Below, piece by piece: positions 61,797-64,000 of a stretch of DNA of 64,000 nt. The position numbers were made by a program, and so were the translations under genes. Under the pieces are notes generated by a model. The model was given only the letters and a program-made list of their open reading frames with translations, was not told the DNA's origin and searched no databases. Source of the DNA: Nitrososphaeraceae archaeon (lineage in GTDB: Archaea; Thermoproteota; Nitrososphaeria; Nitrososphaerales; Nitrososphaeraceae); contig JBIOZG010000017.1 of NCBI GenBank assembly GCA_044870765.1, positions 9,628 to 73,627 of the forward strand. The letters are read 5' to 3'. Numbering within the stretch: the first letter of the stretch is position 1; every line of letters begins with the position of its first letter.

Positions 61797-62606
61797 ATGA
61801 ATCAATATTACAGAATCACGCTTATAATTTCAATGTATGCGTTTTTGACAATTATTTTAATTAACGTTAGCAATAGATCCTTTGGTATAGAACAACAAGA
61901 ATTGGAGATTCCACAAGCTAAATCAGTTTACGACACAGAAACTATGCATTTGCCAAGGTCTGTTGGTTATTTCATAATTCTTGTTGCAAATGAAGCTCAT
62001 GAAGATTGGTCCAATGAAAAACATAAACTGCTTACAGATCATAATCCCTACTTTGTACCATCGCACATATTAATTCCAAAAGGAACCGCCATTGTATTTC
62101 TTAATGCGGATGCACCATGGAATACGCCACATCCTCATACTATCAATATTAAAGATAGCTCGGGAAAGGTGATTCATACTACTGGAAAGATGGAGTATGC
62201 TAATTCATCTTATTCAAAAGTATTGCCTGTAGGCACTTATTCTATAACAGACACGGAATATGAGTGGATGAAAGGGACAATTACTGTATCAGATGAAACT
62301 TCTACGGGCAAAGAAATAGTAGGAGGATTTTATTCTCCAACTAATCAAGTATCCAATAATTTAGACAATGACGGAAATACGCACCCAGGATGGTTGGGTT
62401 ATTATGAAAGTGAATTTCCAAAGAATGGTTTCAACATTCTTAGCGAGCACAATTTCAGCTACAACACCTGCTCCTACTGTGAGGGCAAATTCTGGCCCGA
62501 TAATAAGACTGGTGATCACACGCTAATAATTTTTGGTACCGATCAACCACTTTCGGAAGCTATAGTCAAGCTTCACAAGCTAGTAAAAGACAATGTATAC
62601 ATTTGA
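61797..62606 (+). CDS. secreted cupredoxin-like protein with altered metal ligands
   Basis: Signal/TM; FVPSHILIPKGTAIVFLNAD..PHPH; GTY...WMKGTITV. Confidence 0.65.
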   Translation: MNQYYRITLIISMYAFLTIILINVSNRSFGIEQQELEIPQAKSVYDTETMHLPRSVGYFIILVANEAHEDWSNEKHKLLTDHNPYFVPSHILIPKGTAIVFLNADAPWNTPHPHTINIKDSSGKVIHTTGKMEYANSSYSKVLPVGTYSITDTEYEWMKGTITVSDETSTGKEIVGGFYSPTNQVSNNLDNDGNTHPGWLGYYESEFPKNGFNILSEHNFSYNTCSYCEGKFWPDNKTGDHTLIIFGTDQPLSEAIVKLHKLVKDNVYI

Positions 62607-62732
62607 TCAAATTCTTTTCATTTTATCTTCACAATGACCTTAGGTCGCTTTGAATAAAACTCGTATTTTCTGAAGACCCACTCCCTGCTAGGTACATTCC
62701 TGGTTATAAAATAAATCTAGTAATATTATGAA

Positions 62733-62897
62733 ATGGGATGCAAACGAATCTGTGATGAAATAGGTATATTAGGAGCAAAATATAGTGACGGAGTCAAATA
62801 TTGTAGAAGATGTTCGGTATATTTTTTTCATGATGGATCATTTTGTCCTTGTTGTCATCTTCATCTTAGAACCAAACCAATCAGATCGCGAAAGTAA
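62733..62897 (+). CDS. 54-aa Cys-rich Zn-finger microprotein (not in ORF track)
   Basis: MGCKRICDEIGILGAKYSDGVKYCRRCSVYFFHDGSFCPCCHLHLRTKPIRSRK; TATA-like TTATAAA at about 62704. Confidence 0.75.
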   Translation: MGCKRICDEIGILGAKYSDGVKYCRRCSVYFFHDGSFCPCCHLHLRTKPIRSRK

Positions 62898-62989
62898 TAG
62901 TTGATCCTTTGAGTTTGGCGATTTCTGGATATTACAGCCCGAGATGATCTAGAAAAAGGTTTTAGGACCAGCAATTGCTACACTATAGT

Positions 62990-63472
62990 ATGAGCGACAA
63001 TAATCTTGAAACGGCTACTTTTGCCGCCGGTTGTTTCTGGGGTGTGGAAGATGCGTTCATGAAAAAAAAAGGAGTAAAAGTAACAAGTGTTGGATACACT
63101 GGAGGAAATTTTTCAGATCCAACATACGAGGATGTGTGTACTGATAAGACTGGACACGCTGAGGCCATACAATTAAAATTTGATCCCAAAGAAGTATCTT
63201 ATGAGGAACTTTTAGATTTGTTTTGGTCTATCCATAATCCAACCACCAAGAATAGACAAGGCCCTGACATAGGATCTCAATATCGTTCCACTATTTTTTA
63301 TCATACTGCAGAGCAAGAAAACATTGCTAAAAAATCGAAGCAAGAGCGTAATGATTCAAAATTTCAGAACAAGATAGTTACCGAGATTGTGCCAGCAACG
63401 ACATTTTATCAGGCAGAAAATTATCATCAAAAATATTATCAAAAGATTGGCGGGGGTAGTTGTTATAATTGA
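62990..63472 (+). CDS. msrA: peptide methionine sulfoxide reductase A
   Basis: FAAGCFWGVE, GYTGG, TGHAE, RQGPDIGSQYRS, AENYHQKY. Confidence 0.97.
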   Translation: MSDNNLETATFAAGCFWGVEDAFMKKKGVKVTSVGYTGGNFSDPTYEDVCTDKTGHAEAIQLKFDPKEVSYEELLDLFWSIHNPTTKNRQGPDIGSQYRSTIFYHTAEQENIAKKSKQERNDSKFQNKIVTEIVPATTFYQAENYHQKYYQKIGGGSCYN

Positions 63473-63669
63473 AAAAAATGTCATACACATTGGACTAATT
63501 AAAAGAAGAAAAACCAGTAAAGTGACAATCTATATAAGAAGAGTTTCTTTTATGCAAACTCAAAGCTCTGTTGTAATGTGCAAATTGTCCCCAACACTGT
63601 CTATTTGTTGAGGAGGCATCGCAGATCCTTAAATAATTTGTTGAGCAATGGTAAACAACTCCTAAACAC

Positions 63670-63729
63670 CACTGGTGGTTAACTTTGGTTGTGCTGGTTC
63701 TTGTTCAGTGGCCAAAACTCCCACCAGTG
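63670..63729. repeat. long hairpin related to the 22.4-22.9 kb family
   Basis: CACTGGTGG (63670-63678) pairs with CCACCAGTG (63721-63729); inner imperfect pairing. Confidence 0.5.
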
Positions 63730-63781
63730 AATCTAAAAATCTTCAGTTGTTCTCATTGTTGTTTTCTATTGCGATATGATG

Positions 63782-64000
63782 CTAATTTGCTATTGTTTGG
63801 CTCTGTTCCCTCATGAACTGGGTGAGATAGTATCTTCCACCAGTCCCTTTTCCTGTGGTTCCAGAATCTTTCCATCCACCAAAAGATTGACGTCCCACCA
63901 TTGCTCCTGTTGTTGAACTTTTTTTTCTATTTACATAGACAACTCCTGCCTCTATTCCCTGATGAAATTTCAAAATTTCTTTCTTTTTGTTACTGTAAAT
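63782..64000 (-). CDS. C-terminus of an aldehyde dehydrogenase, 1-pyrroline-5-carboxylate dehydrogenase-like (runs off the window)
   Basis: GVVYVNR...TTGAMVGRQSFGGWKDSGTTGKGTGG.YYL.QF. Confidence 0.85.
   Translation of the reverse strand: MYSNKKKEILKFHQGIEAGVVYVNRKKSSTTGAMVGRQSFGGWKDSGTTGKGTGGRYYLTQFMREQSQTIAN

Overview
AT-rich, gene-dense archaeal chromosomal segment. Gene content points to an ammonia-oxidising archaeon, probably a soil Nitrososphaeraceae (inference): aIF-6, Rps19e, Rpp21, Csl4, TFE, thermosome, archaeosine TGT, CdvB/ESCRT-III and GTP cyclohydrolase III. Most of it is housekeeping: amino-acid, nucleotide and flavin biosynthesis, translation and RNA processing. Small accessory patches lie at about 0-2.7 kb, 18.6-20.2 kb, 22.3-24.3 kb, 44-49 kb and 54-63 kb. 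I recognised no tRNA, rRNA or CRISPR array. Most notable: (1) an ArsR-type HTH + ATP-cone + class III RNR-like protein that lacks the glycyl-radical loop and the finger-loop Cys, directly upstream of a class II RNR (nrdJ), with a palindrome abutting each gene's TATA box; this is a candidate dNTP-sensing pseudoenzyme repressor. (2) A deaminase-type amidohydrolase translationally coupled inside the riboflavin operon, a candidate for a missing pathway step. (3) A family of related GC-rich hairpins (CYGRTGGG...CCCAYCRG) arrayed at 22.4-22.9 kb, with a similar copy at 63.7 kb. (4) A ThrC + Ubl-E1 fusion operon. (5) Several microproteins and a transposase remnant missing from the ORF track. All calls come from motif recognition by eye; no database searches were run.
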